A program made the position numbers and the translations under genes. Below, in pieces: positions 53,089 to 64,000 of a stretch of 64,000 nt of DNA. This DNA is from Lytechinus pictus (Eukaryota). Position 1 is the first letter of the stretch; each line of letters starts with the position of its first letter. A model generated the notes under the pieces. The model was not told the DNA's origin and did no database searches. It saw only the letters and a program-made list of their open reading frames with translations. The DNA lies in assembly GCF_037042905.1 (NCBI RefSeq), contig NC_087250.1, positions 19,346,001-19,410,000 of the forward strand, read 5' to 3'.

Positions 53089-53394
53089 CTGAAAGATTTC
53101 CACCCTGTCCAGTTCCTTGTCCATTGTCATCCAAATAAGTTGCCTGGGACTGCTTGGGGGTTTGGTCAGTTCCTTGAGCTCCCTCTATTTGTTTTTTCTT
53201 CTGATCACATGACTGGGTGTTGAGATCACCTGATTGATTACCCTGATCACCTGATGATGTTGGATTGGTTTGTGATGGGATGGACTTATTAAAGTCTGTT
53301 GATTCAAGGAGATCACCATTTCCCAAGTCCTTTAGGATCGGTGTCTTTTCACTAGGCTGAAGCTGCAAAAGCTCCGATGGACGGACATCTAATC
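53089..53394 (-). CDS. ZNF gene copy B, 306-bp linker exon
   Basis: Same splice sites and frame as 13321-13626 (GLDVRPSELLQLQP...GGNLS G|gtaaag). Confidence 0.85.
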
Positions 53395-54257
53395 CTATTT
53401 TCAAAAGCAGAGTTGGAAGATATCTCAAGAACTTTTCAGTAAAAAAAAGAAAAAAGAAGGATCTTGTAGGTAACTATTTTTGCTACCTGCAGGTCGCCCA
53501 CATTGACAGTATCTAGCATGCATCCCTATTGACGAGTGGATACCATGCGCGACCATGGGGTCTCGAAAAGCACCCTAAACATATAGTTTTCATATTCTGA
53601 AAATGCACCCCTTAACAAGTATTGGCGTGTGAAACCCTACCCTTAACAAGTATTGGAAACAAAACGATACTCTTGGCATATATTCTCTGAAATGAACCCC
53701 TAAACAAGTACAGGAATGTTTAATTGTTATATCATCGGTCCTTCGGTCATCGGTTTTACCTTTTATATACACATCATTTGGTTGACCCCACCTTCTACAC
53801 CTTGTGCAAATCGCCCGGGCAAATCTGACTCTAAACACGTAGTGTTGGGGCAAAAAGGACATCCTTTATAAAACATTTTAATTTTGTTTTATCATCCCCG
53901 CAAATTTTGACCCGTAATTTTCCTTGCGAATTAGATACCCACTCATCAATGTAATTGCCCCCCCCCCCCCCCCCCCGGCATGCATCTCACATGCAGTTGC
54001 CAGCAAAGCGCATGGAAGTCTGATTGGCAGGCTGAAATTATTTTAACATGCTCAAACCTTTTTGCGGGTGGGTTGGGGGCAAGGGCAATCACCAGCAACG
54101 CTTGCGCAGAATTACATGACTGGGTGCTTTTAGTTATAATTATGATAGTAATAACATCCTGATCATTACTAAAGGACAAGTCCACGCCAACGAAAAGTTG
54201 ATTTGTTTAAAAAAAAGAAAAATCCAACAAGCATAACACTGAAAATTTCATCAAAAT

Positions 54258-55011
54258 GGGCAGTTCCACGGTTATGGAGTGACATTCAGAAACAACTTTT
54301 TTGCTTTCAAACAAAGATATCAACCATATTTGAAAAGCTATTTGCAAAGAAATAGTACCTGATAGTAGTTGCTGAAACCGATTTTTCAAAATTAAAAATT
54401 GATTATTTTGATCCACTGAATTAATGAGATATGAATATTCATAATCATGATTACGGAGTGAAGCAAAATTGACATGCATATTTGAGGAGAAAACGTATTG
54501 CTCAAACTCTGTAAATTATTAATTGCTATCATAATTTTGATTTATTGATTGGATTCTATGTTGTTCTAGCTTTAATATGCTGCATTTCATGAAAAAATTG
54601 GTGTATTATTTCATTATTTACGACTGAAAACGTAAACACATACCCGTTACGGAGTGACATGAGAAATATCCACTCACGGGCAGCATAAAATGAACTTATA
54701 TTTTAAAATTTTTAGTGATATGATGTAAAATGATAACCTTCAGATTATCCAAAAAAATTGACAAAACAAGCAATAGTTTTCTGTTAAATTGAAATTAAGT
54801 AAAAAAGAATATATGTAGTCCCATGTATAGAATTTCTTGTATAGTTCAGATTATCCTATAAGGAGATGCGTAAGAAAAAATTGTTGCTAATTATGTTCCC
54901 CTTTTGTATTCATGAAATTCCGTATGAGTTTTGATAGAAATATTTGATCCAGATTTGAAATAGAGCCAATATAAATTGTTGGAAAAAGTCCAATTTTGCT
55001 TGGAACTGCCC
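54258..55011. mobile_element. Non-autonomous DNA transposon, 4-bp TSD AAAT (Sola-like)
   Basis: aaat|gggcagttcca ... tggaactgccc|aaat, inside the shared Kolobok-like MITE. Confidence 0.8.
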
Positions 55012-55258
55012 AAATCGGATGTAAAATAAGAATGTTGTGGCATTTTAAAGTTTTACTTAAATTCACAAAACAGTTATATGCAATATGCTCATCCTGGTCG
55101 ATATGCAAATGAGGAGAATGATAAAGTCATCCACTCACTATTTCTTTTGTATTTTATTGTGAGAAATATGAAGTATTCTTGTTTTCTCCTCATTTGTCAA
55201 GCGAAAGAATTATTAATTCCTCCATGAACATGTGGAATTGGCATTGTTTAATACTACT

Positions 55259-55405
55259 AGGGCCCGTTGCAGAAAGAGTTGCAATCAAACGCAACTCTAA
55301 AAATCATGCGCAAGTCTCAAATGCACGCTGTTGATTAGTTGATAATCAAGTTGCGCATGATTTTTAGAGTTGCGATTGATTGCAACTCTTTCTGCAACGG
55401 GCCCC
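55259..55405. mobile_element. Small palindromic Harbinger-like MITE
   Basis: gggcccgttgcagaaagagttgc ... gcaactctttctgcaacgggccc. Confidence 0.8.
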
Positions 55406-55968
55406 TGTTCAGTCAAGTTGGTCCTAATTGTCAAATCTGTAAAAATGAAAATATTGTATGATTCAAACACTAAAAAACAAAAGAAAAAGTGAGTGAGGGA
55501 CATCATTGACTGTCTCATTTGCATGTCACCGAGTTATGCATATCACTGTTTTGTGAAAAAAAGCAAACATTTAAAATATCATAACTTTATTACTTTACAT
55601 CCAATATTGATGAAACTTTCAGCATTATGCTAGTTTGATTTTTCTCTATTTATTCAAATAGACACTTTTCTGGGGTGGATTTGAACTTTAGTAGGTGGTT
55701 TGTTGCCATTTATGCCTGGGAGAGCAAAAATATAACTTAGTGGGATTCATCATAAATCAGTAACATTTAATGACATTCTTCTTTCAAGTCTCGCACAACT
55801 TATCAGACCAAATTCTTCTGCCAAGGTCACTGTGCACTATTATAGAAAGGGTTAATTTAACCTTTTACACTTTGTGATTTAGGACATCTTTCAAATATTT
55901 CTGAATACTGATACACAATTTTAGAAGTCATCATGTAATATGACATTATGCAAGCTACATTCACAAAC

Positions 55969-56070
55969 CTCTTGACTTAATTTCCTCCTCCCCTTCATCA
56001 CTTTCCTCTTTGATCTCTTTGTTTATAACTTGCACACATTGTATGAACTTTGGTTGATTTACCTGTAATC
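55969..56070 (-). CDS. ZNF gene copy B, cassette exon (102 bp)
   Basis: acacatag|GA...: GLQVNQPKFIQCVQVINKEIKEESDEGEEEIKSR G|gtttgt. Confidence 0.68.
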
Positions 56071-56321
56071 CTATGTGTACAAACAGAACATATTGTCACC
56101 AAAAAAAAAAGTTCATTAATTCGAACAAATGTTTGATCGATAAAACAAGTTTTCTATCCCATTTTTTTTCTGAGCGGATTGAACGTTATCAAAAAACAAG
56201 ATGCTGGGACCATATGATATTGTCTGTGCAGCCTATTGACTTTGATCAAAAATTCAACTTACATTTAGTGTCTCAACAAGTTACAAGCTCTTAGGCCAGT
56301 CAAGCTGAGATTATAATTTGT

Positions 56322-57282
56322 AACAAGTGGAATGCCTCTGGCCGTCTCACCTGCATCACGCGATTCAATATAGCAGCAGTGCTGATTTTGAAAACTACTA
56401 TGACTCGCACAAGATGTTCAGTGATACTTGGTTACTCTTATTTCCACGTTTTATGAACTAGACCAATACACTTAAAGAGATATGATGGCAATTCAACAAA
56501 TACATGTACCAGCAACGTGGCCAAAGTTCTTTGACCTTACATGACCTTTGACCTTGATCATGTGACCTGAAACTCGCACAGGATGTTCAGTGATACCTGA
56601 TTACTCTTATGTCCAAGTTTTATGAACTAGACCAACACACTTTCAAATTTATGGCTGTAATTCAACAAATACCCCAATTTGGCCAAAGTTCATTAACCCT
56701 AAATGACCTTTGACCTTGATCATGTGACCTGAAACTTGCACAGGATGTTCAGTAATACTTGATTACTATTATGTCCAAGTTTCATGAATCAGATCCATAA
56801 ACTTTCAAAGTTATGATGGTAATTCAACAGATACCCCCAATTTGGCCAAAGTTCATTGACCCTAAATGACCTTTGACCTTGGTCATGTGACGTGAAACTC
56901 ATGCAGGATGTTCAGTGATACTTGATTAACCTTATGTATAAGTTTCATGAACTAGGTCCATATATTTTCTAAGTTATGATGACATTTCAAAAACTTAACC
57001 TTAGGTTAAGATTTTGATGTTGATTCCCCCAACATGGTCTAAGTTCATTGACCCTAAATGACCTTTGACCTTGGTCATGTGACATGAAACTCAGGCAGGA
57101 TGTTCAGTAATACTTGATTAACCTTATGGCCAAGTTTCATGAACTAGGTCCATATACTTTCTAAGTTATGCTGTCATTTCAAAAACTTAACCTCAGGTTA
57201 AGATTTGGTGTTGACGCCGCCGCCGCCGTCGCCGTCGGAAAAGCGGCGCCTATAGTCTCACTCTGCTATGCAGGTGAGACAA
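56322..57282 (+). mobile_element. HINE/pearl-like element (family 2), nearly identical to 8900-9836 but at a non-paralogous site
   Basis: Same termini, internal units and 3' hairpin. Confidence 0.85.
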
Positions 57283-57422
57283 AAAATATTATCTGATTTT
57301 TTAATGATTTTTTTTTTTAGCTCTGTGAAATAGATGCAGGCTTCTAACACAATACATTACAGATACACATACTTTTAGATGTCATCATGACATATGACAT
57401 TATGCCAGCGACATTCACAAAC

Positions 57423-57524
57423 CTCTTGACTCTATTTCCTCCTCCCCTCCATCACTTTCCTCTTTGATCTCTTTCTTTATAACTTGCATACGTTGCATGA
57501 ACTTTGGTTGATTTACCTGTAATC
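57423..57524 (-). CDS. ZNF gene copy B, cassette exon (102 bp)
   Basis: gtacacacag|GA...: GLQVNQPKFMQRMQVIKKEIKEESDGGEEEIESR G|gtttgt. Confidence 0.75.
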
Positions 57525-57950
57525 CTGTGTGTACAAACAGAACAACAAATTGTCAAAAAAAAGTTCACAAATTTGAACAGATAATTCATCAATGAAACAA
57601 GTTATCTACGCGATTTTTTTCTGAGCGGCTTGAACGTTGATCAAATAAACAAGGTACTGGAGGAAATGCTATTGTCTGTGCGGCCTGAATGACTTTGATC
57701 AAAAATTCAATTTATATTTAATGTCTTTCCAAGTTACCATCTTTTAGGCCATTCAAGTTGAGATTATAACTTTTAAAAACAATTTTTTGTTATATTGATA
57801 TTTGTATGAATTTGTTCAATCTTTAGTCTAGACCTCCTCTGATGTTTTTTCATGATTTCTTTTGGGGTTGGAGTCTGATTAGTTTGGAGAATTTTCTTAA
57901 AAGAAAAAAAGTTTGCTCTGTGAAATACTTCGCAGGTTTAATACCAGGAG

Positions 57951-60900
57951 TAGAGTTACCAAAAGGTCGGCCGATCCACTGAGCAAAATTGCTATGGGCA
58001 AATGAAAAGCCAATTGCAAGTGCGTAAACAGTGTGCATTGCCACCATCGTCTGTTCTCGACGGCAAAAATGAGCATTGAAATGCTTTTCCTCAGCAAATT
58101 AGTTCATCTTAGTGAAAAAAATTAGGCCCTGTGTTTTCTTTATGTAAATTGACTTATGTGGGATGAAGTGTCTTACCTTCATGTGGTATCGAAAGTGACG
58201 TTTGGAGGTTAAATCCACGAGAAATCCACAGAGTTTCGTCGCGTGTATTCGCTATGGAGAAAAATGCGTGCGATCGCATGCGTTATTGCAAGCTCGAGAC
58301 GGCGCTGTTGAACTTGGTCTGGAAATTCATAAAAATAAACAAAAATCCTTGAGTAGGCTCACAATAAAATCATAAAAAATATGCTTTATGGCTAAAACGG
58401 TAGTTCTCTTGCCCACACATATCATACTTGTTGTTGCGTAAGAAATCCTTTTTTCATGATAAAAATATAGCAATAAATGTTTTAAAAATTATGTTTCCCA
58501 CATGGAATATGTTTGAAACATCTATATTAGAAGAAAAATGTGTTTTTTGAATGAATTCAAACTAAAATGAAGTTTATACATGCTTGCACTTTTTCATACT
58601 ACTCAAAAAACAAAATGGGCCGTCAATCAACGTTGGTTACCTCGGCAAGTAGGCGTGGTCTATCGTGAAGTTTGCTGGTGACGTACCTTTCTCGCTAGAC
58701 TTTACTCAGCCGCCGAATTTAATTCATTCTCCGCGCATGTGCAACTGCAACTTATTATCGTCACTGCACTGCTGGTGTTTGCCGCATTGAGGACAGATGA
58801 AACAATTCAGATAGAGTTGCGCGTGTACAATGAGTGAAACAGCGCGATCGTTTCATGATCGAATGAAACAGTGTGCCTGTCGAGATAAAATTCATCTGCC
58901 ATGTTATTTTTTATCGTGTTTTATGCAACTGCAATTGATTTGTTATATTATTTTCTTTGATATTTCCTGTATATGTATGTATGAATTTTATTTGAAGTGA
59001 ATGAATTATGCTGGTGTCCTTGACATTGAGGACAGATGAAGATGAAACAACACTGATAGAGTTGTGCGTGTACAAGGAGTGAAACAGCGCGATTGTTTTA
59101 TGATCGAATGAACAGTGTGCCTGTCGAGATAAAATTCATCTGCCATGTTATTTTCTATCGTGTTTTATGCAACTGCAATTGATTTGTTATATTATTTTCT
59201 TTGATATTTCCTGTATATGTATGTATGAATTTTATTTGAAGTGAATGAATTATGCTGGTGTCCTTGCCATTGAGGACAGATGAAGATGAAACAACACTGA
59301 TAGAGTTGTGCGTGTACAAGGAGTGAAACAGCGCGATTGTTTTATGATCGAATGAACAGTGTGCCTGTACTGTCGAGATAAAATTTATCTGTCATGTTAT
59401 TTTCTATGATGTTTTATACAACTGCAATTAATTTTTTTTTTCTGTGATATTTTCCTGTTTATGTATAAATTTTATTTGAAGTGAATTATTATAAAGATTA
59501 ATCCAAAACAAAGCAAATAATTGTCGGCTTCATTGTATTCGTGATGAACAAGTTAAGGTATCAAAAAATGATGCTTATTTTTTTTATTTGAATGACTTTG
59601 AGTAAATTGGAATTGAATAGGACGTTTAGTGTTTCCTGTTCAGTGCAATTTTTTTTTCTTTTTTTCATTTCACATTCTCGGGATGCGAACCTCCACTATA
59701 ATAATTATAATTAATGAATACCATTATAAACAAAAATATTTGAAAAATAAAGACTCGCAAAAATTGTAATACTAGTGCAACGGTGATTTTTTTTATTTTG
59801 TTATTTCATTTACTGGGAGGTACGACAGACAAATACCCGGTGTAGATCAAAATTTTGCTAATGGGGGGGGGGGGGCTACAATTTTTACCTTTTAAATTTT
59901 CGCACCGCCAGTAGGAGGGGTTGCCGCCGCCCATAATTGGGTCCGGCACCTGGATCTGCCTATGGAATGGATGAGGAATAATGAAAGGGGAGAAAAATAA
60001 AGGTGCCCCCTCCCGTAATATATCAAATATTTGTTAGTGGATTTTGTCGTTCATTCTCAAGTGAGGACTTATTTTTCAACTTTTCCCAGGAATTTTGTGT
60101 ATGGAATGATTTTTTCTTAGCATACTAGGTCTTGAATGCCCCCACTTTGGAAAATCCTGGATCAGCCCCTGTCAAGGTGTATATAGATGAAACTAAACTT
60201 GAATAGGGTTCCACATTAATGATTTTCAAAATTTAGCCATTTCCTATTTTCCCCGTTTAACACTGTGAGGTGAATAATTCAAATGCTTTCACCATCGCTA
60301 CCATAGAAGGATCCAGGGGGGGGGGCGGTCATCCCCCCCTAGCTGTTGGCGGATTAAAGACCAAACAATGGAGAAAGGAAGAAGAAACAGAAGGAAAAGA
60401 GAGGGGAAAAGGAAGAGGGGAAAGGGAGGGAGAAAAGTGAATAAAATTAGGGAGGGGAGACTTCGATGATTTAAAAGAACATGCAAAATTGAAATTTTCG
60501 CTCGCGCTTCGCACTCGCATTGCTCATTTTCGATGAGTACATATTGCTCAATAGGCTGATATATATGAGCTTGACATTTAAGCTTTGCAGTCAAAATACA
60601 AAACAAATACTGTACGGTCAGCTAGGACATTGAACTTTCATTATTCTTTTTGATTTATACCTCGGTCACATTTGCTCTGCGGCGGCCGTACGGAGAGTCA
60701 AAATAGCCGTTTTATTCATTTTTATTCAAACCACCTATATTGTGCTTAATTTGACCTTTTCACATCGGAATATCCAATATTATCAGTTCGCGCTTCGCGC
60801 CCGCATTATTGATTTCCGTGGTAAAAAGTGTATTAAGAATGCACAAATTCTAGAACACGCATGTTTATTGAGACGGGCTGCTTATCCTTTATTGAAAACA

Positions 60901-63900
60901 GCATGCTTAAATTATCTCGCTTCAGATTAGAATAAAAAAAAAATTATTCTCGCTCTTGCATTATAAAATAATGTAAGACGGTAACCAATTACCCACCCTT
61001 TTCACGATTTAGAAAACATAAATATAAAATAGTGTTCCTTTTAGGTCTATATATCTCAATTGTTATCCGCTCACGCTTCGTGCTCCCACTGTGTTCTGTT
61101 CATACACAAAGTGCTTGGAATGTCCATTTTTATGGTCAGAATTTCAAACATTTTAGCTCGAGCTTTGCGCTCGCATTATTTTGATTGAAATATACATTGT
61201 CTTCTTGGCTAACTGTAAACCGCCATTAGCAAGTCCCTTTTCGATCAGGCCAGAACGTATATTTCTCTCTTTTCTTACTTACTTTTTTTTTGCTCCTTCA
61301 CGCTCGCAGCAATTTTAGTAAAATACGCATCTTGTTCAAGTTCACAAACATTGCCCAGAATGTTCAATTTTGAGGATAAAAAACATGAAATTTCAAAAAT
61401 ATTTTAGCTCGCGCTTCGCACTTGCACTATAGGGGCTATGAGATTATTGTATATTGTATTTTGTGTATGCTGTTTAATGAGAATAAAGAAGTGACTGTTA
61501 GGACTACCCATATTAACTTTGAGCGGCTGATTGTGGAAAATACGGGTGCAAATATTTTTCGACCCCTTCCCCGGTTTATTTCCAATTTGTCTAATTGCCA
61601 ACTCGTCTACTATCGTTTGGTCCATCAGTTCGTCAACTCACCACATAGTCTTTTTTTTTCTTCATTTAGTCTAATGCCATTCCGTCTAATGACCAGTGGA
61701 CCCAAAAGCCATTTGGTCCATATACCATTTCATCTAATTGGACTATAAGTGTATTATTGTGCAAAATGAATGAAAATAAAACGGGTATTAGACCAACCGG
61801 TTATGAGACTAAATGGTCATAGACGAGATGGTTATTAGACGAAGTGATGATTGGACCAAATGGTTAATGGACCAATGGCTGTTAGACGAAATGTTGATGG
61901 ACAGATTGGCATTAGACTAAATGAAAGTAGACCATGTAGTGAGTGGACAAGTTGGCCGTAGACGAATTGGCACCCCCCCCCTCCTATTGGCGATAGATCC
62001 GCCCATGCACTACTACTTCTTTCTTATCTCATTATGATCTCTCAGTTCCATATCCCCTCTCTCTCTCACTCTTTCTACGAGGACTCTTTTATCGTATATG
62101 CATATCTTCCTTCGATTTCCTCCCCCCCCCCCTCTCTCTCTCTTTCCCTCTCCTGACTGCTGTTCCTTTATAGTTAATTCCCCTCTTTTCTCTCAAACCC
62201 CCTTTCTGTCTCAACATCTTTGCCCCCCCCCCCCATCGGCTTCTCTCCCATTCGTAAATTTCATTCAATTATTCTACCCCTTTCAATATCTCCAACATGC
62301 TTCTATACTCCTCAATGTGCCATACACACCTTGAGAGAGAGAAAAAAAACCCTCAAGAGATAAATGGGCAGAAATAGCATGGGTCAAAGAAAGAAGCATT
62401 AATGGTTCAAGATTATGGGATTCACAGAATTTAATGCATATGTAGAGTAAATACATGATTATAGTGTAGTAACATATTTATAATGGCAGTTAAAAGGAGG
62501 GTAATCCTTGTGACTTGGCCTTATAAAAATTTTGGCTCGCGACTTGCACTCGCATAAACGGTTAAAAATATTACCTGATACATCATATTCATAATTACAA
62601 AAGTGCTTGAAATTTCCAGTTTTCATACCATGTTATCATCAGATTTCGCGTCTCATTAGGCATTTATAGATCAGATATTAATTGTAATGGTTAAATATTA
62701 TTGTCCTTTCTGTTTCATCTCGCGCTTAGCAAGAGGAATAGGAAGATATCCATCACTTTCATGTCCCGGTCCTTTGTCAAATCCATCAGCTCTTTATTAA
62801 GTGCGATCCAAATCCACCTCACAAAGTACTTGAGCTGAAATTGACCCCTTTTTCAGATCAGAATGTCAAATATTTTAAGGTCGCGCTTCGCGCTCGCTTT
62901 GATTTTCAATTTCATGTTAAAATATATATTCAGAATTCCTAGATTGTAGGCCTAAATTGGAAACACGCGAGCGCATGTCTATCTAGATACTCAACTTGTT
63001 AGTATTTCAATCATTATCCAGTTTCTGAAAAACAAAATTCTGCTAGCGCTTTGTGCTCGCATTTTTTATGTAGGAAGAACCCCTATTACTCATCCTTATT
63101 ATACAAAACATGAATAGAGTGTCCCATTTTTTAAGGTCTAAATCTCGATTTTTTCCCGCTCGCGCTTCGCGCTCGCATTAATTGTTTTATAGCGACGATC
63201 CTGTTCATGGTCACAATAATTGATTAAAATTTTCCATTCTTTATGTAGAAGTGTAAAAAAAAATCGGCTCGCGCTTGCATTATTTTATTGTTGAAATATG
63301 TAACGTCTCCATGGCTAAGTGAAATAAGCAGTCCTTAACAGGTACCTTTTTGATCAGTTCAAAACGTATACAAAAATATTATGCTCGCGCTTTGTGCGAG
63401 CATTATTAAAGTAACAAAGATCGGCAATTTGACATCCTTTCCATGATGATTTAAAAGACATGACTAGACATGTCTCGTTTTTAGGTCTAAATCTTCCAAT
63501 TTTGTGCTCGCGCTTCGCATCAATTGCCAAGTTATATACCTATCCTGTTTAAGTTACAAAAAGTGCCTATGATTTCAATTCTGTTCGCACTTCGCGTTTT
63601 TAGTAATTATTTAGTTGCATACACATCTTTTTCATGATAAACATTGCCCAGAAATTTCAAACTTTGGGGAAAAACATAATTTTTTAAAATAAATTAGCTC
63701 GCATTATATAAAAAGGTTATGATATCATATATTTATGTTGATTTATAAGACAAAAGCTAAGAAGTGACAATTTCTTCATAGAAACAAATATAAATCATAT
63801 TCGCGCGGCCGATTGGGGAAAAATAATGGTGAAAAAAAATTTGCCCCCCCCCCCTTTGGCTGGATCCACCCCTTCATCCTATTTATTTCTCTCCTTCCGT

Positions 63901-64000
63901 CCATCTCTCCATTCTTCCAGGAGCCGCGGAATAGTTTTGAAAAATGTTTTTTTTTATATTTCTACCAATAAAATTATTAATGAAAATAATGCGGTACAAA
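57951..64000. mobile_element. Large insertion (possibly hAT-like, TAGAG... end) in the intron of copy B just 3' of the expected KRAB exon; other end outside the window
   Basis: Homology to copy A stops at ataccaggag|tagagttacc (57950/57951). Contains a 3x ~240-bp repeat (~58786-59490), dispersed gctcgcgcttcgcgctcgc motifs and a small IR element (~61596-61972). Confidence 0.55.

Overview
AT-rich, repeat-dense eukaryotic DNA; the repeat repertoire suggests a marine deuterostome, probably a sea urchin (inference only). The core is a head-to-tail duplication (copy A ~3.2-33.9 kb, copy B from ~34 kb past the window end) of a minus-strand, multi-exon C2H2 zinc-finger gene that the ORF track only partly shows. 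Manual splicing of copy A gives an intact ~648-aa frame. It comprises a PRDM9/Meisetz-type ancestral KRAB (aKRAB) exon, three tandemly duplicated 102-105 bp cassette exons (GLQVNQPKFMQRVQVIKKEIKEESDGGEEE; SUMO-consensus rich), a 306-bp linker exon, and a last exon with one isolated finger plus a 10-finger array. No PR/SET domain is visible. Copy B has 2 cassette exons and 7 array fingers with changes concentrated in the recognition helices; its KRAB exon is displaced out of the window by an insertion. Most other sequence is mobile DNA: a near-full-length frameshifted Penelope-like retroelement (RT + GIY-YIG), a 4.1-kb foldback palindrome with a 6-bp TSD inside a multi-level transposon nest, a 3.6-kb TG...CA element with a textbook Pol II promoter, five Helentron-associated (HINE/pearl-like) satellite-bearing elements, and many MITEs. 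The paralogous copy provides empty sites for many insertions. All calls are by eye; no database searches were run, and superfamily names rest on terminus/TSD rules only.
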